Below are positions 11,570 to 25,574 of a stretch of DNA of 64,000 nucleotides, piece after piece (position 1 is the first letter of the stretch; the number at the start of each line of letters is the position of its first letter). This stretch comes from Podarcis pityusensis (lineage: Eukaryota). The notes below the pieces were generated by a model. That model was given only the letters and a program-made list of their open reading frames with translations, was not told the origin of the DNA and did not search any database. The translations under genes were made by a program, and so were the position numbers. The stretch lies in assembly GCA_964106645.2 (NCBI GenBank), contig OZ067043.1; one strand, given 5' to 3'.

Positions 11570-14500
11570 TTGCTGGCCCTTCTCTGGTATGAAGGTGAAG
11601 GGAGGAGATCTAAGATGCCAGCTCCACCCCTTCTGAAGCCTGACAAGGATTCATGGTGCACTGTAGCATAAAGATTTGTTGTGAGTAAATGAATCAGACA
11701 CACATCTGGCTGCATTAAGTCTTCAATTGTTCAATCCACCTCCAGTCTGACAGCTCTGCATTCCCAGACCTTGCTAGTTTCACTGCCTATATGTGCTAGT
11801 AACATTTCTAGCCTACACACTCAAAGTAGTCCCTTGAATTAATTTTAAGGTTGTAATCAGTACTATATAGTGTGACTCTGATCTCTTGTGATTTCAGTTA
11901 CTGCTGTTGACTGACCCCTGAATTTCCTGATAAACTTTTTAGCACCACTAAATTACACTATCTCATTTGTCCAATGCTCCCCTTCTTTCCTCCCCCTTCT
12001 CTCTCCACTGAATCACTGCTGGAAGTTAATAATCCAAGTCTTTGGAACTGGTTCTGTTGCTGGGGGTTAATGTTTTCAGTTCTTGTTAAGTGATTTTGGA
12101 GCAAATGGGGGTTGCTGTTTCAAGTGCATTTGCATCAAGTTGCTTCTGTGAAAAATCTGGGTCAGGGGAAAAACTGTAAACCTCATTTTGATATGAATGG
12201 GTTTCTCTGTCATCTTCTCTCTGGAATGCTGCAAGATTGACAGCTGTGATGCCACGCATTTTTAAAACCTTTTCTCTGCTTCTATCACAACTCTGAAAGC
12301 AAAATGACAGACTGAATGCTAAGTAACCAAGCAGGCCCTATCTTTGCCCATATCAGGTTGGGCCTTTCCCAGCACACAACTGCTATGTATTTCCTCTGTA
12401 TCAACAAGCGAGGGCATTAATGACTCAGCACCAGAACCGCCTGGATGTTCCGTACATCCTTTTTGAGGAAAGTGGACATATCTTTATAATGAGAATCATC
12501 CATCTCATAAAACATAAATCTCCCTATCTGAGTCCTAATGAGGTATTTTAAGAATGTGTCTGACATTATTTAAAATGTATGTGTCCCGTTTGAATGTCAA
12601 AGATGACATTTCTGTACGTGCCAAAAAGCCACCTCTTAGCATCTCATACAGGATTTGTGTCAGACTTACACCTTTTGTTAAACACACAGGCTATTGAGTC
12701 TCTAAAGATTACCAGATGTGGTAGGTGAAGGCACTTTTGTGAAAGGGAGGTTATATTCACATAGTGGTCTGTACTGTGGTTCTCACTAAGGTAAGTTTGT
12801 TGCACTTCTGGGATCAATTTGATGTGGAAATAAAACTAAATTTTTTTTTGTTTGCACAGCTAGTTGGATGTAAAGTTTTCAGTGGTTCATGTTGAGAGGT
12901 GGATTCTATGTGAATGCATTGAAGGGCCAATCATACTTTCTGCCTATTGAATGGAAGTGTTATGGAAGTCAGGCTGGAGAAGCAGGATAAAATTTTATTT
13001 CTGAAACTAACCTTTCCTTTGGGCCCTGCAGCCGCAGTTCTACTCTTGCTGTCCAGAGGTGCTGTCATTTTTCTAACTGAGAGCTCTGTGTTCACAAGGC
13101 ATGTTGTCACTTTTAACATTCCCCCTTTGCCTTTCAGGTGAGACCCAGGCTGAAAGGTCAGGGTGAGTTTTGATAGACTGTTCAGAGATGCATGGGTCTA
13201 GTTGGTGACTGGCAGGTTAGACAAGAGGATGGATGAATGGATGTGTATTTTGAAGGATGGCTAGTAAGCAAAAATAAAAGCTGCTTTAGGGGAAGTGACT
13301 TGACACATGTCCCCTTCCTCAAAGTTCAAATCAAGTTTTCTATGTTGTTATAGAATGCACTTAAATATTATGAGAAATATTTCTCCTGGAAGCAGAAAAT
13401 GCTGGCATGTCATGGACCTCTGATGCTTCAGATTTTGCCATTGCAGGTACATGAGAAGCAGTGGAAGTGTTAAAGGGAAGACAGCATTTTAAATGGTCCT
13501 TTTCTTCACAAAATAAATTGGAATCAATTGGAAAGCGTTCGTACCCATTGACTGGATAGACTTTCCTCCAGTGTGAGTTTCACCACTGCAAAGCAGAAGG
13601 ACAATTACTTTGAAACAGAAAGATCTGATAATTGGCAGAGAAGAGCTGAGAAACTTTTTATCTAATACTTTTACTATTGCCCAAATTTCACGCTGTTTTG
13701 CCCTTAGCACCCTCTTTGGCAGCCTTGTAGTGCTGCTTCTCTTGGGATCTGCATATCTCAATCTCTCTTTTTCTGTATCTGGAGTACAAGAGGAAAGTGC
13801 ATGAATGCCAGATGCATGATACACAAAAGGAAGGGGAATCAGTGATTGAGCTGTATTCCTGCATTTGCCCTTGTGTGCTGCTCAGTTTCATAGCTCTCCG
13901 TCAGTGACTGCCTCACTTGTATATATCACAGAAACCCAGCTTCATTCCAGGTCCCAGCCATGCCAATCATCATGCTCAGGAAGAAGAGGCACAGCTGAAC
14001 AGGAACATAATGAGCATCAGTAATAACATCACTGTGGTAGTTTTGTTTTTATTTATTTAGCTTATTTGGCCATAAAAAATAAATAAATTTGAGATGGGGG
14101 CATTTGGCTGCCATTCCAGGTAGCACCTAGGATTATTAGAGCTGAAAATCTAAGTGGCATGTTAAGTATTGATATATAAATCATGATCCAGAAAATTTTG
14201 TGCACCATTTTACTCTACTGGCAACTGCAGAGCTGCAAGAACCCAGTGTGAGATTGTGAAAGTAGGCTTCTGCCTTCCTCGTCAAATCCTCAAAAAGGTT
14301 TCACTCTTGTGGACTTATATGAACATAAATTTAACTGAACTCAGGTGAAGCTTCTGAGTAAACATTCATAGGATTGCTCTGTTAATGAGACAGTCAACAT
14401 TTTTCATTAACTTTGCTGGCAAAGAAAGGCAGCTCCTGCCAAAACCAGAACACTTCTATGTTCCATAGATTAGACCTACCTGCAGAAATGTAAGGTGAGA

Positions 14501-14929
14501 AGGTATCTGTGGATTTATTTATTTTAGCCATCTCTGACCATGCTTATGAAGCCCACCAACCCCCACTACCTATTTTCACTTGCAATTACAAGTCAGTAGA
14601 GAGTAGCCTTCCCCAATTCCCCTCAGCCCCAGATGGCATAGCCAATGGTGAGGAATGATGAGAATTCTAGAACAAAACATTTTGGGGTTGGGGAAGGCGA
14701 TATAAAGCATATGCATGTGCCTCACAAGTAGAGAGGAGCAATGTAGGGAAACGCACATACATAATGTTTGGAAATATCCAGGGTCAAGGAACAGAAGGCT
14801 AGGAGTTTGAATTCCCTTTCTTGGGGGTTCCCTCTGCCTCCTGTCAGCCATGATGCAGGTCATCATTGCTTGCTGCTACTATATTTTAATACTTGCTTTT
14901 GTTATATTTGAAGGTAGTGATGGACTGGA

Positions 14930-15690
14930 TGTGGGCCAACAAATTAAAAATGAATCCTGAAAATCCAGGAGCTGGGAGGGCAGCCTCTTCTGAGCAGGGT
15001 TGCAATCCCCTGGAAGAAGCAGGTTCATAGCTTGAGGGTGTTGTCCAGCACTGTCACTTTAGGTAGCTAATTTCCTGCTATCGCTGGTTTGCCAGCTACA
15101 ACCCCTTATGGAGAGAGGTGACTTCGCCGCAGTGCTGCATGCTCTGGTAACTTCCAGATTGGACTACTCTACATGAAGATGACTTGGAAACTTCAACTGG
15201 TTCAAAATTCAATGGTCAGATCGCTGGCTGGGTTTGCCTTTAGCACTTATGCAACTCATGTTCTAAAACAGCTACATTTTCTTCCAATTCAAGGTGCTCA
15301 TGCTAGTTTTTAAAGCTCTAAATTATTTAAGCCCCAAATATCTGAGACACTGCTGCCTTCTCTACAGACCCTCTCAGATATTAAGATCAGCAGAGGGACC
15401 CTTTGGGTGGCTCTGCTGCCCTCAGAAATTCAAGGTGATGGCTCAGGAGAGGACATTCTTTGCAGCAGCTTATAAATAGTGGCACCTTTGCTATATAGGC
15501 TTTGTCAGTTGCTGAAGACGCACCTTTTTATCCTGGTGTTTTTGGTGTTTTCAGATGTGTGTTTTCAGGACCCACCTGTTTTTAATAACTGTTTTTAATA
15601 CTGAATTTAAATCATAGTAACCAGCCCTGGCACCTGCTGATGAAGGGTGGGTAATAAATTTAACAACAGCAGCAACGTAGCAGCAGTAGT
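14930..15690 (+). mobile_element. Degenerate L2-like LINE 3' fragment
   Basis: catgctctggtaacttccagattggactac (HALVTSRLDY), ggaaacttcaactggttcaaaat (KLQLVQN), caattcaaggtgctcatgctagtttttaaagctcta (QFKVLMLVFKAL), ending gaagggtgggtaataaat plus a simple-repeat tail. Confidence 0.75.
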
Positions 15691-17137
15691 ATTGGTAGTA
15701 GTAGATGAAGTTTTCCTGGTCTGGGTTACAAAACATTAAAAACAAACCTGATAATGCTGGTGCTGCTGTATTAAAGAACAGCCAACTTATTAGTATTATA
15801 TGTGAAAGCACCTTAAGAGTGGCAGAAGGAAGGCTTTTCTGGCTGGCGTCCCCTGCACTGCCCCCTGCCAGCCCCAGCGTGACAATAGGAAGGGCTCCCT
15901 ACATCATTTTTATTACATAGCAAAGCTCAGTGAGGTTCATTTTTTCTCTCCCTGACATATAGACTTAGGCTACAGTCTCAATTTATCCTTCTAAATAATG
16001 TAGGTGGCGGCAGTTGATTCACATTAGTTTTCCTTCTGTTGCAATGATATGAAAACTGAATTTGACCTCCGTTCCTTGAAGTGGGAAGAGCGGAGACAGC
16101 AATTTTGGCTTCTGTTCACAGTGCTGTTTTCTCTGGCAAATGGAAATGGGTTCAGACTCTGACAAGCAGACAGGTTAATGCTTTTTCTCTTGGTTCAAGT
16201 GTGTATGTGTTTCTGAGCAAATGCCCTCTTCTGCCATCTCTGGAATCTCAACTTCTGGAAGAACCAAGAAAGTCTTTGCTGCTCAGGAAGTATGGAGGTT
16301 CTGATCTGGCAAAGTGGCATCAAGGCTACTTCTACATTCACCCTTTGCTTATTTTCCTCTTCACCATTGTCATCCTTACTTCCTCCACAAGCTAGATGCA
16401 GCCCATTTTAAATGATTTCCAGAGGAAGCAACTGGACAGGGTTCAGCACTCATGTATGATGGACGAGATAAGGAACAAGAATGCCATTCAAGCCGTATTT
16501 GTCCCTAATGTGGGTTGGGCTGATTTCAGGTTTAAATTGGATTTAACACAAGTTGTACCATTTTCTGATGCTGACTTATTAATTGTATTGATGATTGTAT
16601 TGAGGTCTTTATCATAAATGAAAGGAGTAGTCTTCAGAAGCAGAGATGCAAAGGACTTCTCAGGGTACAATTTGTAATCCTTTTGGTTTGTAGGTTTCTA
16701 AGATTCTGTTATTCATACTTTATGGGGAAGTGAAAGTTTAATTTTAGAGAATCGAATTGATAATTAAAGGAAGGAGAGTAGTGCACCAAGATGCAAATTG
16801 GTTGTGTGAAGATGGTATTTGTTGTGATATTTCAACGGATAAACCTGAATTCTTTTGAAACTTTCTGTGCTTGGTAGAAATGGATGTGTTCCATAAGAAG
16901 TGAATTGAAAAGGTGTCAGTAACTGTTTGCCTGTGCAGCTATAAAAACTGGACACAGCAGGTGCTTTTACGCAACAACCAAGTGGAAGTGGTGTTTGGTG
17001 GACCCTCTGAGAAGTGCCATGCCACACATTTACCAGAAGCCCTTTGTGTCCTAAGTTAGGGACACAGAGCAAAAATTTACATGTTTTGTAAATATATTAT
17101 TATAACCAATATTGTCTGTGTTCTATTTTCCACATAG

Positions 17138-17248
17138 GAGCTCTACAGATTGAGAACAGTGAAGAGTCAGACCAAGGCAAATATGAATGTGTCGCCACGA
17201 ACAGTGCTGGGACCCGTTACTCTGCTCCAGCCAACCTTTATGTGCGAG
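17138..17248 (+). CDS. PTPRF: PTPRF exon, Ig2 second part, 111 nt: (G)[36 protein letters not shown]
   Basis: Acceptor ttttccacatag|GA, donor CGAG|gtaaag; D-x-G-x-Y-x-C Ig motif; not in the ORF track. Confidence 0.97.
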
Positions 17249-18577
17249 GTAAAGTTGGAGAAGGCAAACTTCCATCCCTTTCTACCTTCTCTTCCGTGTC
17301 TACACCTTCTCTAATAACCCATGAGACATTGCAGTGAGAGGTTACCTTTATGATGTATTGTAAATGATGAAACCTAAATGCCCAACCAGTCATTGAGTTC
17401 AAGCCTTGGAAAGTCAATTTTTGCCACAATTTTTTTCTTTATTTCATTTTTTTCACCAGAGCTTCTTTAATGGTCAAACTGGTTAAACCACTGTCATAAA
17501 GAGGGCAGAAATTCATGTTTAATTATTTGCATATTTTGTTAAACAAAAGTGTGTTTGGGGGCTTTGTGAAATTAGTGGGTCTCTCTTTTTCTCACCACCA
17601 CCCTTTTTGGGGAGGGTTTATTTATTTATTTTAATGAGATAAAGCTTTGAGCATTCATTTCATAAGCTTGACTTGTTCTCTTGCAGGTGCGTTGGTGCAT
17701 CATGTTGACTCTGGAATAGTATGTTAGTTTCCATAAGCTCTCTTGGTCAACACCTTGTCAGCAACGGGGATTATTGCAGAAGCTATTACAATAGCTTCCA
17801 TTCCTGCTGAGAATCAGCTTCAGTTTGTTGCATGAAGCCACTTTGCCAGACTGTTTTCTTAACTTGTTATTATTCCCAGATCTCAAAGTCTTTTCACTCA
17901 CTACGTTAAATTTGATACAGAATTTTGTGTTTGGAGAGCAAAGAGTTTGGTACTTCATTAAAAGCTGATGAGTTTTCTGTTCTGTTTTACATGGGGACAA
18001 TGTGTGTTCTCCGTGGCCAGACCTTGTATTAGCCAGGGGTATTAATGTAAGACACCCCTTGGAGGTGTGGTTTGGTACTTACATAACAGTGGGAAAGAGG
18101 AAGAGTGTCAATTTGGTGCCTTTGACTGGTTGGCAGTTAAACTCATATTTTATTCCTTCTTAGGTCCTGGATCTCAATAACTACCCGTTTAGAAATACTG
18201 TTTCCATCTTCATTCCTTCCTCTGTCTTTTCTCTTTTTTCTCTCTCTCTGTCTCCCCACTTGATCGTTGCTTCCTAATACTCATGCACACGCCTTTTATT
18301 TGTGGGGTGGAGGGGAGCTGCCTTAACCAAGCTGAGGAAGAGTTATTCCCAGGAGAAGCCAAAATGACTTACTGTGTGATTGCTTCTAGGTCTCTTGGTT
18401 ACTCTCATTGGGTTCAGCACTCATTTTCTACAGGTGCCGTTTCATCTTGCAGAACAATTTCAACATACAAATCTGTACGATGCTGAAGTTTCAGATAGTC
18501 TCAGAACTCTTTATCTGTGCAGCAGAAATGCCCATTTCTCAAGCATAATGTGCTTATTATTGACCTTATATACCCTG

Positions 18578-18580
<3 letters not shown>

Positions 18581-18608
<28 letters not shown>
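18581..18608. repeat. (TG)14 microsatellite
   Basis: Read directly. Confidence 0.95.
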
Positions 18609-18611
<3 letters not shown>

Positions 18612-21420
18612 TCAGCTCTAGTAAAAATAATGTCATATCTCCCCAGAGTAAAGGGAGGGTGTTTGTTTGAACATATTTCATGTTTACATTGTTGTGTAAA
18701 TTTTTGGACATTCTTAATCACTTTCACATTTTTCCCCCAAGTATCTTTCTCTGTGTCAAGCCTTTCCGAAAAAGCTTGGGAAGGCTAATGTTTCACCTGA
18801 ATACACATCTTGCAAAGGCAAAGAAACCTCACCTTTAAACCTGCCTGATTCCCTGTTTGTTGAGACTTTCTTTATTTAGCTAGAGAACTCCCCGTAGATT
18901 CTACGGAGTGCAGTAAACTGTGACCCCAGGTTTGATGCGAACAGCAGGTTGTTCAGCTAGCTGGCTGGCTGGCTGGCTCTCTCTGGAGATAAGGTGACAC
19001 AAGCCAAGCTTCTAGTAAGGTTCTGTTTCTAGCCCTGTGTGTGTGGCTCATTTTCTATTAACTGTTGTATTTCTCAGGCATAAATTTCGAAACAAGCCTC
19101 TTTTTATTGCGTATAATCTTTACAAGGTTGGACTCCAAGCTGCAGGATTGAGATAAAGCCCCATAGTATATAAAAGACAGGTTACTACATAAATTGTCCC
19201 CTGTGGAGGTTTGCCATATGTACTGTTTCTCGGACTATATTTGTGCAGGCGGCTTCGTTTTATAGAACAAAATAGACACCCTAACCAGCCCAGTGAAAGA
19301 CTTTCACCATTCCTTTGGCTCCCAATCCATTGCCAAAGCAGGAGGCTACTTCCCTTGTTTGAGAAAACAGAACAGAATGTATGCACAAATATTATCCACA
19401 TGTTATATTACTGAAACCATACAAGTTTCATGTCACTAGAGGCAAGGAATACTGTAGCCATGATGACCCCTTCTTGCTTGCAAAGCGTCCTAAGGTAGGG
19501 TTGGTTTGCATCAGGGGATGGAGTATTCAATTTTCCCACTGCTGTTCCTGTGTGGGTGTGCATATGCACGCACGCACACACACAGCTGCTTTTATCCCAA
19601 CCAAGGTTCTGGATTCCTGGTAACCTTGAAATCACAGGTCTGGACCCTCACAAATGAAAAGATGAGGGTTGCAGTTTCAGGGGAAAGTGGCTGGTAAAGG
19701 AAGGTTAAGAATCACTTTTACTCCTTCCCCTTTACTCCTCCTCCTCCCTCCTTGCACTGCATCCCTTTGCAACAGCACTTTGCAAGGGAGGAGGAGGAAC
19801 CATTCAGGGGTTGTTACCCATAGCTGCAACATAACATGTAGCTTGTCCCTTACCCTTGTTCAGATGTGCATCCAAAGAGTTAGAAGCATCCTACAGTGTG
19901 TGGTCTGGTCTCTGTGTAGCTCTGAGAAGAGTAAATGGCAAGCCACAATAATCTGTGTAGCTGGCGCCTCCAATCCCATATAGTTTTCTGTTTGTATAAT
20001 ATAACCTGCATGTATAAGAACCGAACACTTTTCCTTAGTGCTCATATCATTTTCATAACTCCTCTCAATAATCCTTACACTCTGTAAAATAGACCACTAT
20101 CAGTATCCACATACTGCAAATTAGGAGGTGAAACTGAGAGAGACCTGCTTGTTGGGAGCAAATCATAGCTGAGCTCTTTGAACTGGGTACTTCCTCTTTC
20201 TTAGACCACACCTTTAACCACTTCCCTACATCAACTAATCTTGTGTACATGGGAGGAAAACAGTCAGTGGGAAAAGGAGATAATTCTTTCCATGAGTAAA
20301 ATATAGCATGCAGGGGATGGTCTGAGTAGCTGTACATAGGCTGAATGTGGCTTGTGGATCTCAGATGGTTGGATTAGCTCTTGCGGCATCCTACCAAAAT
20401 GTTTTTTTCTCTCTCCTAGCAACCTTATAAGTTGAAATGGTTGTCACTTGGCCTCTTCTGCATTTTCCATCAGTTTTTCCCCAACCAGCTTCAGTGGATA
20501 CAAACTCCAGGGTGGATAATTTGGTTTAGTTATATTCCTCCTGCACATAAAAAAGTTTGCTCTCTGAGCCACATATCCTTCCATCGCTTAAGAGTTCTTG
20601 AGTGCTGTAAAACCAAAATAAATTGAGCATCAGCTAAGAGTTACCCATCACTGTGTCATCCAGATTAGGTCAGCCCAGTTAGTAATGCCATTCTGAAGAA
20701 TTTTTTTTAATGAACAATAAAATTGCTAATTGAATCAACTATTAAAGTAAAATGTTGACCCACAAAACCAGAGATTGGTTAGGCTGCAATCCTGTACCCA
20801 CTTATTTACATGGAAGCAAGACCCACTGAATTCAGTGGGAGTTGCTTCTGAGTAAATAGATGGAACTGTTACTACCTTTCTGTACGAAAAGCTGATCACA
20901 TTGCAACTTTTTAAAAAATGTTAATCTCATAAGCCTTATACAGAAAGGTGCTATGATTTTAAAAACACCAACTTTACACTGTGATAAGGCATGTCTTGCC
21001 CTTTTTCTGGAAAAAGAGGTTAGAAGTGTAACTGGATAATAATAGTAATAAGAATAAGAATAAGGCTACAATTCTATGCACAACTAGCTGGTAAGAATTG
21101 GCATGTAAATATTTTAAATAGGAGTTCTTAAAAATAAATATTAAGCAAGCACACCAGTTTCTTTGTCACTGACTTCTCCAGTATGATGAAATGCATTGTA
21201 TTGTTAGTTAAATTATAACAGCTGTTTCTAAATGGGCATCTATACCTACAAATTGGCATATACAATTTTTAGGCAAACCAGTGCCCTCTTTTGTCCTCTT
21301 TTGGGTTGATGGATTTTCTTGTTTGGGGTGGGGGTTATTGTGCAAGTAATCACCCTAACTGTTACCACATTGGTTCTTCTGCAGAGGATAGGAGAATGTG
21401 CTATGAGGCTTATACATAAA

Positions 21421-21497
21421 TTATCAAAGTGATCAGGGTTACTGGGAGCTTCTCTGACCTTATCAAAGTAATCAGGGTTAGTAGGAGTTTCTCAACC
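21421..21497. repeat. Two-copy ~39-bp tandem duplication
   Basis: ttatcaaagtgatcagggttactgggagcttctctgacc followed by ttatcaaagtaatcagggttagtaggagtttctcaacc. Confidence 0.85.
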
Positions 21498-24290
21498 TCT
21501 TCATTTACTTTCTTTTTCTCTGTGGAATACTGGGAACAGCATTGTGCCTTCTGATTGCTTGTCCAATATCACATTTGTTATTTTGATGCTGTTGCTCCTC
21601 ATCAAGTGAGACTAGCAGTTGCTGTCAGACTACTGACAGATGGGGCCCATGAAACATGGAACACTTAAGGCCTTTCTTGGCTCCTGTAGGTGATAGCAGA
21701 ACTTGAGGTTGTGGTGTCAGTTATATTTTGCATATATTGCTCTTTCCATGGAAGATGTAAACTACTGCACTTCTTACTGTCATGCCTTTAAGTCCCAGTG
21801 TTCTGAAAAGAGCAGGAGGACTTGCTTCCTGCTGTGCCAGAGATAAGGGATGAAGAGAAGGGCTCTGGTGAGAAAGTGAGCATTCCAATTCACTAGGTGT
21901 TGGCATATTTACTGATAAAGCAGGCACAATTTCAACATGAGATGAGGTGTAGCTGCTTCCATCCAGGGTCTTTCCAGAGCAGACTCAGCTGCAGATGTTC
22001 ATTTCCTATAATCCATTAGTATAAGAAGTGATTAAGAGATAATCCAGCAATTAGTAACAAATTACAGGCCCCAAGATCATTCTTGACTGACGGGCTAGAA
22101 AGTTATCTGTTTGTATTAGTGTGCTTCATAAGTGAACCTTGCTTACTGTAATCTAAAGTACAAACACATGTGGGCAACCATTACAGCTTGCCTGGCCTGG
22201 GCTTTGTACTGATGAGTTGTATAGCATTGCTGTGCACCTCAGATAGCACAGTCTTCTTTTCATATTGCCTACCTCAGTGTTAGTTCCTTTTTTGTGGAAT
22301 GCTGGTAATTTTGCAAAGTAGTTGCCTCTATGCAACTACTTTTCACTGGGGTAGTAAAACTGTATCTGGGCTGATACATTTCAGACCGCTAGTGGGGTTC
22401 ACATGATTCAGTGCTCTCTTTCCTGTAAAAAATCACTTCCACATAGAAAACTAAATGTCAAAGGAAAAGATTCTAGCCTAGCCTTCTCTCAGAGAATACT
22501 AATTTACTAACGTACAGGAATTATTATTAATATTTTGGCTCCATATTGGCGAATCTTTATGTAATCCTCCTATCTGTACTCTGAAGCAGTACAGCCCCAG
22601 ACACAGGTCTGCTCACCTCACTGAGAAATGTAGGTCTGCACTGGGGAACTGAGTCAAAATTCAGACCCACCCAAATTGCTGAAGTCCCAAAGATTTGAAC
22701 CTTTTTTAATAGGAAGGTTATATAGTTGGGATTCTAATCTCTTCATACAACAGATTAGGTTCAAATAATAGAATCTTATGAACAATCATTTGACTACATA
22801 TCCAAAGGCGGAACCTTTGCCATCTTCCCATCATCCCCTGAAACAACTGTGGAACTACAAATGTGGTACAATCCTCCTGTCACACTCAGAAAAGACAAAG
22901 TACTTTTTCCATTCACTCCTGGGTGGTGACAAAGGAGTATGCAGAACTAAAACTATATTTCCACTTTCTGTACTTAATGGCTACTGCAACACACTTCATT
23001 CTGGTCCTTGAGCAAGTGAGCACATACTCTTCGATTCTATGCAAAGAGAGGAGTACAGTGCTTCCTTTCCCCTTCCTCCCCCACATCTATTGTGTATCAG
23101 TGCTGAGAATATGCACTGTGGAGTAGTATCTTAGCTTCCATGGTACTTCTTGGTGCAGTCTGTTTAAGGAGCAGGTAGGTGGCTGCACATCATGAAAACT
23201 AGCTGAAATCCCATCCTCTCTCATCCTTGCAAATGAATTACTGATGGAACCAACCATACAGTGTATATCTTTCCCATTAAGGGTTTTAATTGAGAGTGTG
23301 TTCTGCTGACAGGCAGTGTCCTCCCCCCACACCCGCCGTGCCTTTTCCCACCCTTAAAATGTGACTCATAAGCAGTTTCTAACCACCAGAACAGTCTCTG
23401 CATTCTCTCAGCAAGGGTTCAATTTCAGGCGATTCACCACAGATATTAGCTGCTATAAGGTCATTCCTGCAAAGGAAACGAGGTTTTCCATGCCCTTCAG
23501 GGAAACACAACTAACCTCTTACTATCTCTCCTGCAGGAACAAAAACAGGAATGTACTGCATTGCCCTGCTGATTTGGGGTGATCGTTGCTTTGACTTCTT
23601 GCCCTCCTTTCTTTCCCAGTTCAGTGCATCAGGGGTCCTGACACAGCAACTGGTTCATACTGCACTAACGTTTCTCTGCTGCTTTTAGCTCTGTTTGGAA
23701 AGAGGGAGAAAGAGGCTCTTCATGCTTAAAGAATCCCCATTGTTCACCAGGACTGCTTCCTCTGTGTTGAGGAGTGATGGGGCGTGTGTGCAGATACTGA
23801 GCTGTGTGAGAGAGGCAGGTGGGGGTTAAAGTGCCTCCGCTACTGTCTGTACAGTTGGGACGGAGCTTGGCACTTGACTGAAAATCCTGTGGTGTCTGAA
23901 ATGTGGTGGGTATGTCCATGAGTGTGTGCACACTTGTTCTTGCCTGTACTTGGCCAGAAGTGGGGGCAGCCTACCAAAATCAACTTGGCTCTTGGTGTTC
24001 CTGGGACATGTGCTCCTATATACTGATGGTCTGGTTGTGTGCATCTGGACGAGGAAGAGAAGCTGAATCCAGTGTTCTGTGGCAGGAATGTTTGTTTGTG
24101 TGTGTGCGTGCACAGTTGCACAGTGGGTAGTCCTGGCCGGTCTCTACCATCATGTCTTGTTGTTTCAGTGCTGTGCAGACACATGCAGCTTGGCCTGTTT
24201 TTACTCTCTGTGTTTTTCCTTGTCTTTTTTTATTCCCTTCTCATCTTCATCGCACAATGTCATCAAACAAAACAAACTTTCATCTCTCAG

Positions 24291-24302
24291 ATCCGCGAGA
24301 AG
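24291..24302 (+). CDS. PTPRF: Mini-exon B, 12 nt, adds DPRE to the Ig2-Ig3 linker
   Basis: catctctcag|ATCCGCGAGAAG|gttggt; frame-preserving; resembles meB peptides ELRE (PTPRD/PTPRS) and DQRE (LAR); no AG in 24189-24288. Confidence 0.92.
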
Positions 24303-25539
24303 GTTGGTCCTTTTCACTTCTTATCCATCTACAGTATGCCACCTCTGATGAGACTTTTCCAGTAGGGGATGGAGAGCCAGCCCTGCAAGGGGAGGGTCTG
24401 ATGGCCCCTGGCTCTCTGCCAGGCACTGCCATAGCAGGCCTGAATCTGCTTCCTAATTGCTATGTCCTTGCTGACAGCATTGACCACACTGCTTGCATGC
24501 CTTTTGTCGCTTGATGTTTAAAATGCACAGACCCTTATCTGCATGCAGTCCATCCCAAAGATTTTCGTGTTTTGAGATGGGAATGGGGTGCATGTACATA
24601 GAGAGTAGGCAGCAGAGTGGGTTTTGCCTTAATCTGTTACTTTGTTAGACTCCTGTGTGACCTTTCCTTTTTGTTGAGGAATGCAAAGTACTGATTTGAA
24701 GTTTTGGTCAGGGTGGACACCGCTCGCTCACAGTGTAAGCTGCTTGCTATAGAGTAGGAAGAGGAAGGAGCAACTGATAGAGGCACCATAACTGCCTTTT
24801 TAACACATTGAATTCATTCCACATCACACTTGCGTTTGAGATGCTGTGTTTATGATACATGCAAAGCACCACTGATGTAATTGAAAAAGCAGAGTTTTTT
24901 CATGCTGGATCATTTTTGTTTATAAGATTGATACCTGTATACCTGAAACCCAGGAACTTCATTCTTCCCTGGACAAGGACTCACTCAGCAAGGGCAACAA
25001 CTGTACTAGAGAAAGGAAGGTGTGCCGTTATCTTACCTGCCTTTCTCTTATTGACAGTGCTGTGTTGCACCAAGATATTAGACAAAAGGTGATTGGTAGA
25101 CATCAAAATTAGCAGGTGGCTTAAGCTACTCCAATATTTCCATTGAAGTTCAACTTCTGTTCTAAGTCAGGTATTTTCAAAATGGTGCTGAGTATTGAAA
25201 TTAAGGGAGGATGTTGCCTGGACTTAGCAGTGCCATAACCTGAAGCAATTCCCATTGATATATCAACAACTTTCTCTGACCCAAGGTAGTATTCCTTTGA
25301 TGAAAGAAACAGAATCCATAACTTTATAGGCCCTAAAATGAACAATTAATAGAGAATGGTGGATATTGAGAGTTAGGAAATGTCTATGCATTAGTTCTGA
25401 AGGGGGATAATGTTCATCCTTCAGTCCACATGCTATTGCATCCCTTATGTTCCCACACTTTTTCCTGTGTACCTGTAATGATCATAGGACAGTGACTACC
25501 CTATTCTGCATGCCAGGACTTATGGTTGGAGTCTGTACT

Positions 25540-25540
<1 letters not shown>

Positions 25541-25574
<34 letters not shown>

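Noticed and set aside
17135-17140. NAGNAG acceptor (TAG GAG)
   Set aside because: A distal GAG is rarely used; no evidence for the alternative.
17670-17695. Second AG|GT site (cttgcag|gtgcgt)
   Set aside because: Only ~440 nt from the upstream exon, short pyrimidine tract and no clear downstream donor; weaker than the 13138 site.
19078-19126. Exon-like segment ttctcag|...CAAG|gttgga
   Set aside because: 49 nt, frameshifting, weak donor, no supporting motifs.
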